Origin: Betaproteobacteria bacterium | GTDB taxonomy: Bacteria > Pseudomonadota > Gammaproteobacteria > Burkholderiales > SG8-41 | DNA length: 64,000 bases | Reading direction: 5' to 3' | Assembly (NCBI GenBank): GCA_021730905.1 | Contig: JAKFYK010000036.1 | Coordinates: 227,734-291,733, forward strand | In this document: piece after piece, positions 19,887 to 30,112 of the stretch | How the letters are laid out: each line of letters opens with the position of its first letter | Numbering within the stretch: the first letter of the stretch is position 1 | Notes under the pieces: model-generated | The model's database searches: none | Told to the model about the DNA's origin: nothing | Seen by the model: only the letters and a program-made list of their open reading frames with translations | Translations under genes and position numbers: made by a program

Positions 19887-19900
19887 GACCCAAGTGAGAA

Positions 19901-19922
19901 GCTGGCAGCCAGTCCTGCCAGC
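19901..19922. terminator. Perfect 8-bp hairpin between convergent TctC genes
   Basis: GCTGGCAG-CCAGTC-CTGCCAGC. No clear U-tract on either strand. Confidence 0.3.
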
Positions 19923-19932
19923 AGCCAAACCG

Positions 19933-20928
19933 CTACATCTTGGGAATATTCGCGTCCTTGATCACCTGCGCCCAGCGGTCGATTTCCGCGCGCATGAATT
20001 TGTCGAACTCATCGCGGCTGGTCGGCGCGGGCGGCATCCCCAGCCCGGTCAGGCGCTTCTCGACTTCGGGGATGCGCATTACCGCGTGCAGATCGGCATT
20101 CAGCTTGTCGAGCACGGCCGTGGGTGTAGCGGCCGGCGCACACACGCCGTACCAGGAATTGACCTCGAAGTCAGGCACGCCCGATTCCGCCATCGTCGGC
20201 ACGTTCGGCAGCAGCTCCTGACGCTTTGCACTCGCGACCGCGAGCGCGCGCAAGCGTCCGTCCTGAATCGGCGCTATTACGAGCGGCGTGTTGGTCACAT
20301 TGATCGGGATTTGGCCGGCCATGACATCGCTCGTCCCCTGCCCCGCGTTTTTATAGGGAATGTTGACGATGTCGAACTTCATCCGCAACTTGAGCCACTC
20401 CATGGTCAGCTGCGGCGAGGTGCCGGGCGTCCCCGAAGCATAACTCAGCTTGCCCGGGTTCGCCTTTGCATAAGCCAGGAGCTGCTTGATCGATCGGAAC
20501 GGCGTCGACGGGTGCACGACAATAACGTTGGGCGGCATGCCGATGCGCGTGACCGGCGCGAAATCTTTATGCGCGTAGGGCAGGTCCGCGATCATCGACA
20601 GCGAAATTGCATTCGGGGCAATATTGCAATGGAGCAGCGTGTAGCCGTCGGCTGGCGACCTCGCAACAAATGCCGCGCCTATCGAGCCGGAGGCGCCCCC
20701 CCGGTTGTCAACAATGACCTGCTGGCCCCACAAGCGCGTCAGCGGATCGGAGATGATACGAGCGACAATGTCGTTTCCGGTACCCGCAGCAAACGGCACG
20801 AGGTAGCGGACAGGTTTCACTGGAAAAGTTTGTGCCGACAAAACGGCCGGGTATATCCAGACCGCAACCGCAATAGTGTAGACAAAGGCGTAAATCGACC
20901 CACGATTAGCTCTGATCGCACTGCGCAT
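19933..20928 (-). CDS. Bug/TctC-family substrate-binding protein
   Basis: ORF 19933..21012 trimmed to ATG 20928. ...PAVLSAQ, then TFPVKPVRYLVPFAAGTGND. Confidence 0.9.
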   Translation of the reverse strand: MRSAIRANRGSIYAFVYTIAVAVWIYPAVLSAQTFPVKPVRYLVPFAAGTGNDIVARIISDPLTRLWGQQVIVDNRGGASGSIGAAFVARSPADGYTLLHCNIAPNAISLSMIADLPYAHKDFAPVTRIGMPPNVIVVHPSTPFRSIKQLLAYAKANPGKLSYASGTPGTSPQLTMEWLKLRMKFDIVNIPYKNAGQGTSDVMAGQIPINVTNTPLVIAPIQDGRLRALAVASAKRQELLPNVPTMAESGVPDFEVNSWYGVCAPAATPTAVLDKLNADLHAVMRIPEVEKRLTGLGMPPAPTSRDEFDKFMRAEIDRWAQVIKDANIPKM

Positions 20929-21141
20929 CACGCACCTCCATGAAAAAGGTACCGCAAAGATGTACAGCCTGCTGGTCAACGCTCTGCCGAACTTGCGCGG
21001 CAACCCAAGCAACGCCGAGCGTCCACAAGATGATTATGGCACTCGAACGGTGCCGGGTCCACAAAATGGCGTTATTTCGCGCCGCCTTCCCCACCCGGCA
21101 GAACCGCGACAGGTTAGGGGCTGTTAGTTCCTGGTTGGTAG

Positions 21142-21558
21142 TCAGATCGGCGTCCGCCGCGGTGGCGGGACGCCAACCACGGCCAAACGTATCTTTTCAG
21201 CGCCGTTGTTGAGCAGTTGATGCTCCACCACGCCGGGCGGCATGTGGATCGTGTCTCCGGGACCCACTTGCTGCTCCTGGATCTCGCCGGATTCGGTCTT
21301 CCACTGGATCACGCCCTGCCCGCTGAGTATGAAATAGATCTCCTCGAAATCCGCCGGGTATTCGACTTTGACCCCCTCGTGGGTGTACTGATCGTGCTTG
21401 TGCCAGTGATGCGGACTGTAGCCGGGCGCAATTTCATCCACGTTGAAAAAGAATTTTTCGGTGGCGACGATTCTTCTTATCTGACCTGCTTCTTTGGGCA
21501 GGCCGCGTATGTTCTGCGGCTGAACTGCATCGGACTTTACGATTTTTAGCTGCGCCAT
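21142..21558 (-). CDS. Cupin domain protein
   Basis: ORF 21142..21579 trimmed to ATG 21558 (GGAGAA RBS). HHWHKHDQ...EEIYFILSGQG...GDTIHMPPGVVH. Confidence 0.7.
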   Translation of the reverse strand: MAQLKIVKSDAVQPQNIRGLPKEAGQIRRIVATEKFFFNVDEIAPGYSPHHWHKHDQYTHEGVKVEYPADFEEIYFILSGQGVIQWKTESGEIQEQQVGPGDTIHMPPGVVEHQLLNNGAEKIRLAVVGVPPPRRTPI

Positions 21559-21586
21559 AAATTCTCCACGATCAGGCACCTATAAG

Positions 21587-23299
21587 TTACTGCACTCCCG
21601 CAGCGCTCGATCGCAGCAGTTTTCCGCCCAGCGCGCCGGTATGCTCGCCATTCTTGAAAGCCACTTTGCCGGCCAATATCGTGGCCATGATGCCCTTCGA
21701 CTTCTGCTTGAGCCTGCGCGCGCCTGTTGGCAAGTCATGCTCGATGGTCGGAATCTCCGGCGCAATCGTCGCGGGATCGAAAATGTTCAGATCTGCGATG
21801 CAGCCCTGACGCAACAGGCCGCGATCGGTGAACCCCCAGGCCATTGCCGGCGTGAGGGTGATCATTTTCACACCCTCCTCAAGCGAGAACGCCTTGCGCT
21901 CGCGCACCCAGTAGGCGAGCAGGTGCGTGTGTATGGAAGAATCCATGATCAGACTGACATGCGCACCGGAATCGGAAAATGTCATGACGGTTCGCGGATG
22001 CTTCAAGGTCGCCAGCGCTTCCGCCTCGCTCTTCGGCACGGTCGCGACGTCGAACTGCATGAACAACTGATTGAAGTTGGACTCGAGTGCGAGATCCATC
22101 ATCACTTCTACCGGATCGACGTTGCGCTGCGCCGCCAGCTCGGCAACAGTGGGATTGCGCGACACGGCGCTGTACATGACATACATATTCTGGTAGTTGG
22201 GCTTGCGCGGTTCGCCCCCACCGGTGCGATAGGTGTCGCGCTTGGTGGCATCGACCAAGCGTTTGCGCTCTACCGGATTGCTGAATATCTTGCGCTGTTC
22301 CTCGATCGGCAAGGCGCGGACTTGCGCCCATTCGGGAAAGTCATCGAACTGCAAGCGCCCCTTGAACGACAACACGTGGGAAATCCCGCGCGTATGCGTC
22401 TGTCCGAACATACGGCCGCCGGCCTCGGCAGTGCTGTCCAGCAGCGCTAAGGCATCCTGCGTGCCCGGGCTTCCGGCCGGGATGCCGAAGGTGATGGGAA
22501 CGCCGCTCTTCACTGCGAGTTCACGCAATCTGTCGTTGGCGGCCTTGCGCACCTGTGGATCGGACGAACGGGCTTCTCTCTCGCGGGAATATTCGAATAT
22601 GCCGCGGCCCGTCTTTCCCATGAGACACACGAGTTGGGAAAGCTCCTCCCACGAAGCGTGAACCGATGCGACGGGCCGGTTGTCCGGCTCCGGCAGCTTG
22701 TGCCCCGTCGAACGTGAGCTGGTGAAGCCTATTGCGCCCGCGTCAAGCGCATCGAGCAATTCATGCTCCATCGCGCCAAGATCATCGTTTGATGCCTGCT
22801 GCTCGAACGCTCGCGGCCCCATGACATACGTACGCAGCGCGGAATGCCCGATGTTGGCGGCATAGTTGATCGTCTTCGGCAACTTGTCGATGACGTTCAT
22901 GTAATCCCTGAATGTAGTCCAGTTCCACTGGACTGCAGCCCCAATGGCATCGGGAGAGATGTCTTCTGCCCGCACTATGTTGCTGAGGATCAGATCACGC
23001 TGTTCGGCGGAACCCGGTGCGAGCGTGAATCCGCAGTTGCCCATGACCACGGTGGTGACGCCATGCCAGCACGAGCAGCTACCCAATGGATCCCAGAACA
23101 CCTGGGCATCCATATGCGTGTGCCCGTCGATAAAGCCCGGCGAAACGACGTGCCCGGTGGCGTCTATTTCTTCTTTGCCGCGTTCGGCTATGCGCCCGAT
23201 CGCCGCAATGCGATCACCCTTAACACCAACGTCCCCTCGAAATTTCGGCAGTCCTGTGCCATCGACTATGGTGCCGTTACGGATCACGAGATCGTACAT
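21587..23299 (-). CDS. N-acyl-D-amino-acid deacylase (D-aminoacylase) family amidohydrolase
   Basis: MYDLVIRNGTIVDGTG...VVSPGFIDGHTHMD. 570 aa. Confidence 0.85.
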   Translation of the reverse strand: MYDLVIRNGTIVDGTGLPKFRGDVGVKGDRIAAIGRIAERGKEEIDATGHVVSPGFIDGHTHMDAQVFWDPLGSCSCWHGVTTVVMGNCGFTLAPGSAEQRDLILSNIVRAEDISPDAIGAAVQWNWTTFRDYMNVIDKLPKTINYAANIGHSALRTYVMGPRAFEQQASNDDLGAMEHELLDALDAGAIGFTSSRSTGHKLPEPDNRPVASVHASWEELSQLVCLMGKTGRGIFEYSREREARSSDPQVRKAANDRLRELAVKSGVPITFGIPAGSPGTQDALALLDSTAEAGGRMFGQTHTRGISHVLSFKGRLQFDDFPEWAQVRALPIEEQRKIFSNPVERKRLVDATKRDTYRTGGGEPRKPNYQNMYVMYSAVSRNPTVAELAAQRNVDPVEVMMDLALESNFNQLFMQFDVATVPKSEAEALATLKHPRTVMTFSDSGAHVSLIMDSSIHTHLLAYWVRERKAFSLEEGVKMITLTPAMAWGFTDRGLLRQGCIADLNIFDPATIAPEIPTIEHDLPTGARRLKQKSKGIMATILAGKVAFKNGEHTGALGGKLLRSSAAGVQ

Positions 23300-23460
23300 G
23301 TGGTTTCTCCTGCGTTGATCACCCGTTGCTTGACGCCCCGCCCTGCGGAAATCTGCCGCATCCCATATGAATGTAGACTATCACACCGTCCCACGTTCGT
23401 GCACCGGCGCGTGAACGCGGATGCTTACCCCAACGATTGCTTCAAAACAGGAGACAGCCC

Positions 23461-24018
23461 ATGGCCGAGACCGCCACTTTTGGACGTTATGCCGAAGTTC
23501 CCTATGACCAGATGACACCGGAGCAGCAGGAAGGCTATCAGGTGCTGATGGAGACGCGCGGCCGGTTGCCGGGCCCGGCGAAAATTTATGTGCACAACCC
23601 GAAACTGGCAAAAGTGATGGGGCCGCTGGGGGCGCATTTCCGCACGGGCTACTCACTCAGCGAGCGCGAGCGGGAAATTGCCGTGTGCATCATCAACAGC
23701 AAATTCCATACTGCCTATGCCACCAATGCGCACGAGCGCACCGCCAAGGCGGTCGGACTGCCGAGCGACAAGGTCGAAGCGATACTCTCGGGCCTGCCGA
23801 CGTCGTTCGACGACAAACGCGAACAGATCGTCTACGAAATGGCGATATGCCTCGCCCATGCGCGCTGGGTATCGAAGGGCCTCTATGAGCGCGCCCTCGA
23901 AGCGCTGGGCCATGTCGGCATCACCGACGTAATCGGCCTGATGGGGTTTTATACCGGCGTGGCAATGACGCTGGCCTTTTATGACGTGCCGGCTGGTGCG
24001 GCCGGCTTGGCGCGTTGA
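23461..24018 (+). CDS. Carboxymuconolactone decarboxylase (AhpD-like) family protein
   Basis: ORF 23437..24018 trimmed to ATG 23461 (AGGAGA RBS). Helical, ...REIAVCIINSKFHTAYATNAHE.... The family call is by resemblance only. Confidence 0.6.
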   Translation: MAETATFGRYAEVPYDQMTPEQQEGYQVLMETRGRLPGPAKIYVHNPKLAKVMGPLGAHFRTGYSLSEREREIAVCIINSKFHTAYATNAHERTAKAVGLPSDKVEAILSGLPTSFDDKREQIVYEMAICLAHARWVSKGLYERALEALGHVGITDVIGLMGFYTGVAMTLAFYDVPAGAAGLAR

Positions 24019-24064
24019 AACAGGCTCTGACACAATCACTTTTTCAAACTGGAATGGACAAACC

Positions 24065-24835
24065 ATGACCGAACCCGGAATGCATAAAGGCGACGAGTTC
24101 GCCGGCAAAGTAGCACTGGTCACAGGCGCAGCGCGCAATATCGGACGCGCAATTGCGCTTTCTCTGGCGTCGGGCGGCGCCAAGGTGGCGGTGAACACGC
24201 GCTCGAATATCGGGCAGGCGCACAGCGTTGTCGATGAGATCAAGGCGTTGGGAACCGATGCCGAGGCCTACGTAGCGGACGTCGCTGATCCCGCCCAAGT
24301 GCAGGCTATGGTTGCTGCGGTGCTGAAACGTTTCGGCCGCCTCGACATGCTCGTGCTCAACGCCGCCATACGCGAGCACGTGCATTTCGACGAAATCAGT
24401 TTCGACGACTGGCGTCGCATACTTTCCACCAATCTGGACAGCGCATTCGTCTTCACCAAGGCCTGCCTGCCCGCGCTCAAGCTGGCGGGTGACGGGCGTA
24501 TCGTAACCTTCGCTGGTGTAACTGCGTTGCTGGGTCTCAAGGATCGCGCCCATGTCGCAGCTTCCAAGCACGGGATCGTCGGACTGACCAAAGCGCTGGC
24601 TCAGGATCTGGCCGAGTTTGGTATACGCGTCAATTGCATATCGCCCGGACAGATCGACACTGCACGCGCGCCCGGTCGTGAACTGCCGAACCGATCGAAG
24701 GATATTCCGCTCGGCCGCAGAGGCACGCCATTCGAGATTGCCGGCATGGTGCGCACCCTCTGCGGCCCGGCTGGCGCCTATATGACCGGCCAGACGCTGC
24801 ACATCAACGGCGGGCTTTCAAACTCGGGCGTGTAG
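24065..24835 (+). CDS. SDR family oxidoreductase
   Basis: ORF 23981..24835 trimmed to ATG 24065. GKVALVTGAARNIGRAIA. The expected YxxxK region reads HVAASK by eye, so the Tyr is not evident. Confidence 0.8.
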   Translation: MTEPGMHKGDEFAGKVALVTGAARNIGRAIALSLASGGAKVAVNTRSNIGQAHSVVDEIKALGTDAEAYVADVADPAQVQAMVAAVLKRFGRLDMLVLNAAIREHVHFDEISFDDWRRILSTNLDSAFVFTKACLPALKLAGDGRIVTFAGVTALLGLKDRAHVAASKHGIVGLTKALAQDLAEFGIRVNCISPGQIDTARAPGRELPNRSKDIPLGRRGTPFEIAGMVRTLCGPAGAYMTGQTLHINGGLSNSGV

Positions 24836-24887
24836 TCCGCGGTCACGAACCCGCACACCCGGTTATCGTCAGGGAATACCGGCGCAT

Positions 24888-25991
24888 TCAGGCAACGGTC
24901 AGCGTCCGTCCCGTATCCGACGCCTGCTTGAGGGTGTCAAGGAAACGGTGCAGTTCAACGGCGGTGTCGAATGTCGCGAGGCGGTCGTGCACCTTGCCCG
25001 CGCGTATGCTCTCGGCGAACAATGCGTACATCTGCCCGACGTTGAACGGGTCGCCGCGCGGAAAACTCTCCGGCACATGGATAAAGCGGTCGGGTATCGC
25101 GAGGTCCTTGAGGGTCTGGCTTTTCTGCGCGCCCTGCACGCGCAGCATTTCGCCGCGCTGCGACGAAATGTTGCCAGTGGCAATGATGGCTCCCTCGCGC
25201 CCGAAAATCTCCATGCGAAAGCCCGGCCCGCCCCACGGCACAGCGCCCACGCATACCGATGCCGCCGCACCCCTCGCCAACTGGCCGCTGACCAGGATGT
25301 TGTCGGGCGAGGTCACATCCACCATCTGCTTGGTATCCGTCTCGTACCATTGCTTGACCTGCGTGGACAGCATGCACGCCACGCGCGCGAAATTCCCTGC
25401 GACAAAACGCAGCGCGTCGATCACGTGGCCGTTGGCGATGGTCATCGGGTTCGCGCCGAGATTGGCATCGCGCTGCCAAGTGCGGCTGGAAGGCCGTTCC
25501 AGCGGGCCGTCACGGTGAGTGGAGACGTGACATGCCAGCACCTCGCCCAGGTAGCCGGTATCGATCAGTTCTTTCACATAAAGCAGCGCGGGGCTCACGC
25601 GCGATTGCAGTCCGACTGCGGTTTGCACACCGTTGGCCTTGGCCAGCGCGGTCAGTTCTACCGCTTCGGCAGTCGTGCGGCCGAGCGGCCACTCGGTGTA
25701 AACATGCTTGCCAGCTTCAATGGCGGCCTTGGTCGGCTCGTAGTGCGAGGGCACCCGCACCACCACCGCTACCGCGTCGATCTCCTTTGATGCCACCATC
25801 GCGCGATAATCGGTGAAGGCCAGCTTCGCGCCAAATGCCTTGCGTGCCGCCTCCGCACTCTCAGGATTGCGCGTGCAGACCGCGGCCACCTCAACATCAG
25901 GACTCGCCAGCAGCGCCGGGAAGTGCGACTGCGAGGCCCAGGTCGATTTGACGTTAGCGCCGATAAAGCCCAAACGTATTTTGTTTGCCAT
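24888..25991 (-). CDS. Gfo/Idh/MocA family oxidoreductase
   Basis: MANKIRLGFIGANVKSTWASQSHFPALL...VAAVCTRNPESAEAA. N-terminal Rossmann pattern. Confidence 0.85.
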   Translation of the reverse strand: MANKIRLGFIGANVKSTWASQSHFPALLASPDVEVAAVCTRNPESAEAARKAFGAKLAFTDYRAMVASKEIDAVAVVVRVPSHYEPTKAAIEAGKHVYTEWPLGRTTAEAVELTALAKANGVQTAVGLQSRVSPALLYVKELIDTGYLGEVLACHVSTHRDGPLERPSSRTWQRDANLGANPMTIANGHVIDALRFVAGNFARVACMLSTQVKQWYETDTKQMVDVTSPDNILVSGQLARGAAASVCVGAVPWGGPGFRMEIFGREGAIIATGNISSQRGEMLRVQGAQKSQTLKDLAIPDRFIHVPESFPRGDPFNVGQMYALFAESIRAGKVHDRLATFDTAVELHRFLDTLKQASDTGRTLTVA

Positions 25992-26169
25992 CCTGCATGC
26001 TCCTCAAAGTGATTACACCTTGCATTATTCCAGAGATAGCGCATGCCGATGCAGGTAGTGCTTTTTTAATGGGCCTATTGTTTCCTATAGTTGCGTGACT
26101 GCGAGGTCGCCTCCACCACGCTGTTTCGGGTTAGCATGTTCGAACTTTCCTCGGACCCAAGGAACCGCC

Positions 26170-26460
26170 ATGGCCGTACGACTCGTCGTGACTATCACCG
26201 CCGCCCCAGGCAAGGGCGCAGAACTTGCGCTGGCTTACAAGGCACGCTGCGCGCAGATCATGCAAGAACCGGGCTGCGAACAGTTCGAGGTCTTTCAGAG
26301 TGTCTTGAATGCTGACCGGTTAACGCTGCTTGAACGCTGGGTTGACCAGGCTGCTCTGGATGCACATGCCAAAGTCAATCAATCTCGGCCTCCGCTTCCA
26401 CCCGGACTGCGCGTGGGCGCAGGTGAACGCGAAGACTACGAGTACAAAAGGTCGCGCTAG
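26170..26460 (+). CDS. ABM (antibiotic biosynthesis monooxygenase-like) domain protein
   Basis: ORF 26095..26460 trimmed to ATG 26170. ...VTITAAPGKGAEL...CEQFEVFQS...LLERWVDQAALDAH. Confidence 0.65.
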   Translation: MAVRLVVTITAAPGKGAELALAYKARCAQIMQEPGCEQFEVFQSVLNADRLTLLERWVDQAALDAHAKVNQSRPPLPPGLRVGAGEREDYEYKRSR

Positions 26461-26605
26461 AATCCCGGGATGCAATTCCAGGAACGCCCCTTGCCCATGA
26501 AACCATGAGCCGTTTTCGCATTCTGGCGCCATTGCGGGTATGATTTTGCCATCGTCCGGCAGCACTTAGTCCGGATTTTGGATAACCTTTCCAAGGAGAT
26601 ACGCC

Positions 26606-27484
26606 ATGAGCGCCGTCATGCAAGCAGCCGCCCGGACCATGAAGATCACCAAAGTCAAGGAACACATCGGCGCCATCGTCACCGGCATCGATTTGAGTGA
26701 GCCCGTCGACGACGCAACGCGGAAAAAGTTATACGACGCCGTGGTCGAGAACGTGGTGCTGATAATCCGCGGACAAGCCCATCTTACGCCGGCGCAGGTG
26801 CAGGCCGCAGGCGAACTGTTCGGCGAATTGATGGAAGACCAGAACCGGCGCTATCTCGTGGACGGTTTTCCGCTGATCAGCGTGCTCGACAATTTCCACA
26901 AGGACAGCCAGGGCAAGCCGGCCAAAGTCGGCACGAATTCCACCTGGCATACCGATCACACGAATCAGGAGCTGCCGCCGAAATTCACCATGCTGTATGC
27001 GGTGGCGGTGCCGGACAAAGGCGGCGCCACATCGGTGTGCAACTCGCGCGCAGCCTACGAATCGCTGCCCACGGACCTGAAACAAAAAATCACCGGCATG
27101 AAAACCGAGAACACGCTGATCAGCAGCGCGCGCTTCAAGATCGCCAATCCCGATATTCTGCGCGCGCAACTGGAATCCAAAAAGCCGCCGACGGTACAGC
27201 CGCTGGTGCGCACGCACCCTGAAACCGGCACCAGGGCTGTGTGGTTCCACAAAAGCAAGACCGAAAAAATTATTGGCATGACGCCGGAGGACACGCAGGA
27301 ATTCCTGCAGGAACTCACCGACAAAATCACCCAGCCGCAATTCTGCTATGCGCACGAGTATCAGAAGGGCGACCTGCTGATCATCGACGACCGCCAGTCG
27401 CTGCACAAAGCCGGGTTTGATTTCGATCATAGCCAGCAACGCAGGCTGTATCGCATGTTGGTGCGCGGAGACAGGCCTTATTGA
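26606..27484 (+). CDS. TauD/TfdA family Fe(II)/2-oxoglutarate dioxygenase
   Basis: AAGGAG RBS. ...STWHTDHT (HxD)..., ...DDRQSLHKA.... Confidence 0.85.
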   Translation: MSAVMQAAARTMKITKVKEHIGAIVTGIDLSEPVDDATRKKLYDAVVENVVLIIRGQAHLTPAQVQAAGELFGELMEDQNRRYLVDGFPLISVLDNFHKDSQGKPAKVGTNSTWHTDHTNQELPPKFTMLYAVAVPDKGGATSVCNSRAAYESLPTDLKQKITGMKTENTLISSARFKIANPDILRAQLESKKPPTVQPLVRTHPETGTRAVWFHKSKTEKIIGMTPEDTQEFLQELTDKITQPQFCYAHEYQKGDLLIIDDRQSLHKAGFDFDHSQQRRLYRMLVRGDRPY

Positions 27485-27534
27485 TCGAAGTCCGGTTCGC
27501 GCTCCGCTCCTGCTCACGGTGAGGGATCACACAC

Positions 27535-27680
27535 GCGGTGAATCGAGGACTGCTTCCACACTCTCAGGGTTGCGATTGCAAGCCGCAGCCTGCTCGACAT
27601 CGGGATAGGCCGGCAGCACCGGAAAGTGCGACAGCGAGGCTTACGCCGAACGAACGTTGGCACCGACAAACCTCAAGCAT
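27535..27680 (-). pseudogene. N-terminal fragment of a Gfo/Idh/MocA paralog with an in-frame stop
   Basis: The reverse strand reads LRFVGANVRSA*ASLSHFPVLPAYPDVEQAAACNRNPESVEAV. This aligns in DNA and protein with the first ~50 codons of gene 24888..25991 (IRLGFIGANVKSTWASQSHFPALLASPDVEVAAVCTRNPESAEAA). The rest of the gene is absent. Confidence 0.6.
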
Positions 27681-27690
27681 AGGACAATCA

Positions 27691-28344
27691 ATGATCAACC
27701 GTACCGCACAGTTTCTAATCTTTACGCTTTGCGTCCTGCTGTTAGCCGGGTGTGGGAAAGAAGCGTCCAACGAGATTGATTTTGGTTCGGTTGAAAACTC
27801 CATTTATCGAAACCGATACTTTGGCCTGAGTCTGGCGCTTCCGTCTGAATGGAGTGTGCAGGATCAACAGATGCGTCAACGGCTGGCTGAGACGGGAACA
27901 AAAATGGTGGCCGGTGACGACAAGGGTATGAAAGCCATTCTCAAAGCCTCAGAACTGCGAACGGTTAATCTCCTGGCGGCATTCAAGCATCCTGTTGGAA
28001 CACCTGTTCCGTTTAACCCGAGCATCGCGTGTGCGGCAGAACGGGTCCGCGATATGCCAGGAATACAACGCGGCAAGGATTATCATTTTCACGCCAAGAA
28101 ACTAATGGAGTCGGGTCAGGTAAAATTTGAGTTTCCGAAAGAAATATCAACCGAAAAGCTTGATGGGGTCGACTTTGACGTGATGCATGTATCGATGACC
28201 ATCGGTTCCTCAACTGTGCGGCAGAAGTATTACGCATCCGTCATGAAGGGTTATGTTTTGATCTTGATTGTTTCCTTCACTACCGCCGACGAAGAATCGG
28301 CGCTACAGAAAATTCTTGACGGTGCGTCGTTTAAAAAATCATGA
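27691..28344 (+). CDS. Hypothetical lipoprotein (visibly lower GC than flanks)
   Basis: ORF 27538..28344 trimmed to ATG 27691. Signal plus lipobox LLLAGC. No family recognised. Confidence 0.65.
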   Translation: MINRTAQFLIFTLCVLLLAGCGKEASNEIDFGSVENSIYRNRYFGLSLALPSEWSVQDQQMRQRLAETGTKMVAGDDKGMKAILKASELRTVNLLAAFKHPVGTPVPFNPSIACAAERVRDMPGIQRGKDYHFHAKKLMESGQVKFEFPKEISTEKLDGVDFDVMHVSMTIGSSTVRQKYYASVMKGYVLILIVSFTTADEESALQKILDGASFKKS

Positions 28345-28535
28345 GTCCGCCCAGCAAAACGCCTGCGACGAACCGCCGCCCTGCTTCTGCGCTCGATGCG
28401 GCTCGGGAATTCCAGCGTATCGGTTGCGTGCGGCATTCCACCTGCAGCGGCGGTCGCTTAGCTTTCGTTAGGCGTCACAGGCTGCCCACTCACCAAACGT
28501 GCGCTCGATACCACACTAAACAAGGAGAAAGCACC

Positions 28536-29297
28536 ATGCCGTTCTACGAAAAAGGCAACGTCCGCATCCACTACGAAGAAACCGGCTCCGGCTTCCCGTT
28601 GTTGATCATCGCCGGTGGCGGGTTGAACTCGAACATCTCCTACTTCACCGGTCACGCGCCGTTTAACGCGATGGGGGAGTTCAAGGGCGAGTACCGCTGC
28701 ATCGCGGCGGACCTGCGCAATGCCAACGGCGGCGATTCGTCCGGCCCGCTCGAGATCGACCGGCCGTGGGACTCGTACACCGATGATCATCTCGGCCTGA
28801 TGGATCACCTGGGCATCGATAAGTTCATGGTGATGGGCTTTTGTATCGGTGGCCCCTTCATCTGGAATCTGCTGAAGCGGGCACCCGGACGTGTCGTCGC
28901 CGCAGTGCTGGCGCAGCCCAGCGGGAGCCGTCCGGAAATGCGCGACCTTTTCTACAACAACAACATGACCAAGTGGGGTCCAGGGCTGTGCGAACGCCGT
29001 TCCGATATTACGATGGCGACCGTCGACAAATTCCTCACCAAGATGTACCGCACCAACCCCGACTTCGTGTTCACCGTGACGCGCGATTTCGTGCGCGCCT
29101 GCCAGACGCCCATACTGGTCCTGCCAGACGATGTCCCGTCGCACCCGTACGCCATTGCCATGGAGTCCGTGATGCTCGCGCCGAAATCCGAAGTAAGCCT
29201 CTACCCGTGGCAGGAACCCAAGGAACGAATTCCCGTCGTGGTGCGCCAGGTACGTTCCTTCCTGCGCGCGCATCGACCTGCGGCGGCGGCCCGCTGA
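28536..29297 (+). CDS. Alpha/beta-hydrolase fold protein with Cys in the nucleophile elbow (paralog 1)
   Basis: ORF 28341..29297 trimmed to ATG 28536 (AAGGAG RBS). MPFYEKGNVRIHYEETGSGFPLLIIAGGG. Elbow VMGFCIGGP (GxCxG). ...LVLPDDVPSHP. Confidence 0.8.
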   Translation: MPFYEKGNVRIHYEETGSGFPLLIIAGGGLNSNISYFTGHAPFNAMGEFKGEYRCIAADLRNANGGDSSGPLEIDRPWDSYTDDHLGLMDHLGIDKFMVMGFCIGGPFIWNLLKRAPGRVVAAVLAQPSGSRPEMRDLFYNNNMTKWGPGLCERRSDITMATVDKFLTKMYRTNPDFVFTVTRDFVRACQTPILVLPDDVPSHPYAIAMESVMLAPKSEVSLYPWQEPKERIPVVVRQVRSFLRAHRPAAAAR

Positions 29298-29329
29298 CAC
29301 TGCCAGCCCACGGACAATCCGCTGCGGGT

Positions 29330-30112
29330 TTAGCCCAAGGTCGAGTTAAAGGCACCACCATCCAGCAGCAAGTTTTGCCCGACGATGAATCCCGAGGATG
29401 CCGCGCACAGAAATGCGCATGCCTCGCCGAATTCATACGGATCGCCGACGCGGCCGGCAGGGTTGGTCTTTGCACGCTCGGCAAGGATTTCTTCGAACGG
29501 ACGATTGGCCTTGCGCGCCGCCTCCACCAGTCCTGAGCGCAGCCGGTCGGTCAGGAACGGGCCGGGTAGCAGGCCGTTGATCGTGACATTATGCCGCGCC
29601 ACCTGCCGCGCCAGACCGCCAATGAACCCGGTGAGGCCGGCACGCGCGCCGTTGGACATGCCGAGTTCGGGAATCGGCGACTTCACCGATCCCGAGGTGA
29701 TGTTGACGATGCGGCCAAACTTGCGCGCGATCATGCCATCGACTACGGACTTGATCAGCATGATAGGCGTGATCATGTTGCCGTTTACCGCCTTCATCCA
29801 GTCGGCCTCGCCCCACTCGCGAAAATCCCCGCGCGGGGGGCCACCGGCGTTGTTCACCAGAATGTCCGGGGCCGGGCAGGCCGCCAGCACCTTCGCGCGG
29901 CCTTCCGGCGTGGTGATATCGGCGGCGACCGCTGTGACCATACGCCCCGTCGCGGCACGAATTTCCGCAGCGGTGGCTTCGAGTTCACTCGCCGTACGCG
30001 AATTAATCACTAAATCGACGCCGTTCCTCGCCAGCGACATCGCACAAGCCTTGCCCAGCCCTTTGCTTGCGGCGCAAATGATCGCCTTTTTGTCCTTAAT
30101 GCCTAAATCCAT
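29330..30112 (-). CDS. SDR family oxidoreductase
   Basis: KKAIICAASKGLGKACA glycine-rich motif. ...NNAGGPP.... Confidence 0.85.
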   Translation of the reverse strand: MDLGIKDKKAIICAASKGLGKACAMSLARNGVDLVINSRTASELEATAAEIRAATGRMVTAVAADITTPEGRAKVLAACPAPDILVNNAGGPPRGDFREWGEADWMKAVNGNMITPIMLIKSVVDGMIARKFGRIVNITSGSVKSPIPELGMSNGARAGLTGFIGGLARQVARHNVTINGLLPGPFLTDRLRSGLVEAARKANRPFEEILAERAKTNPAGRVGDPYEFGEACAFLCAASSGFIVGQNLLLDGGAFNSTLG

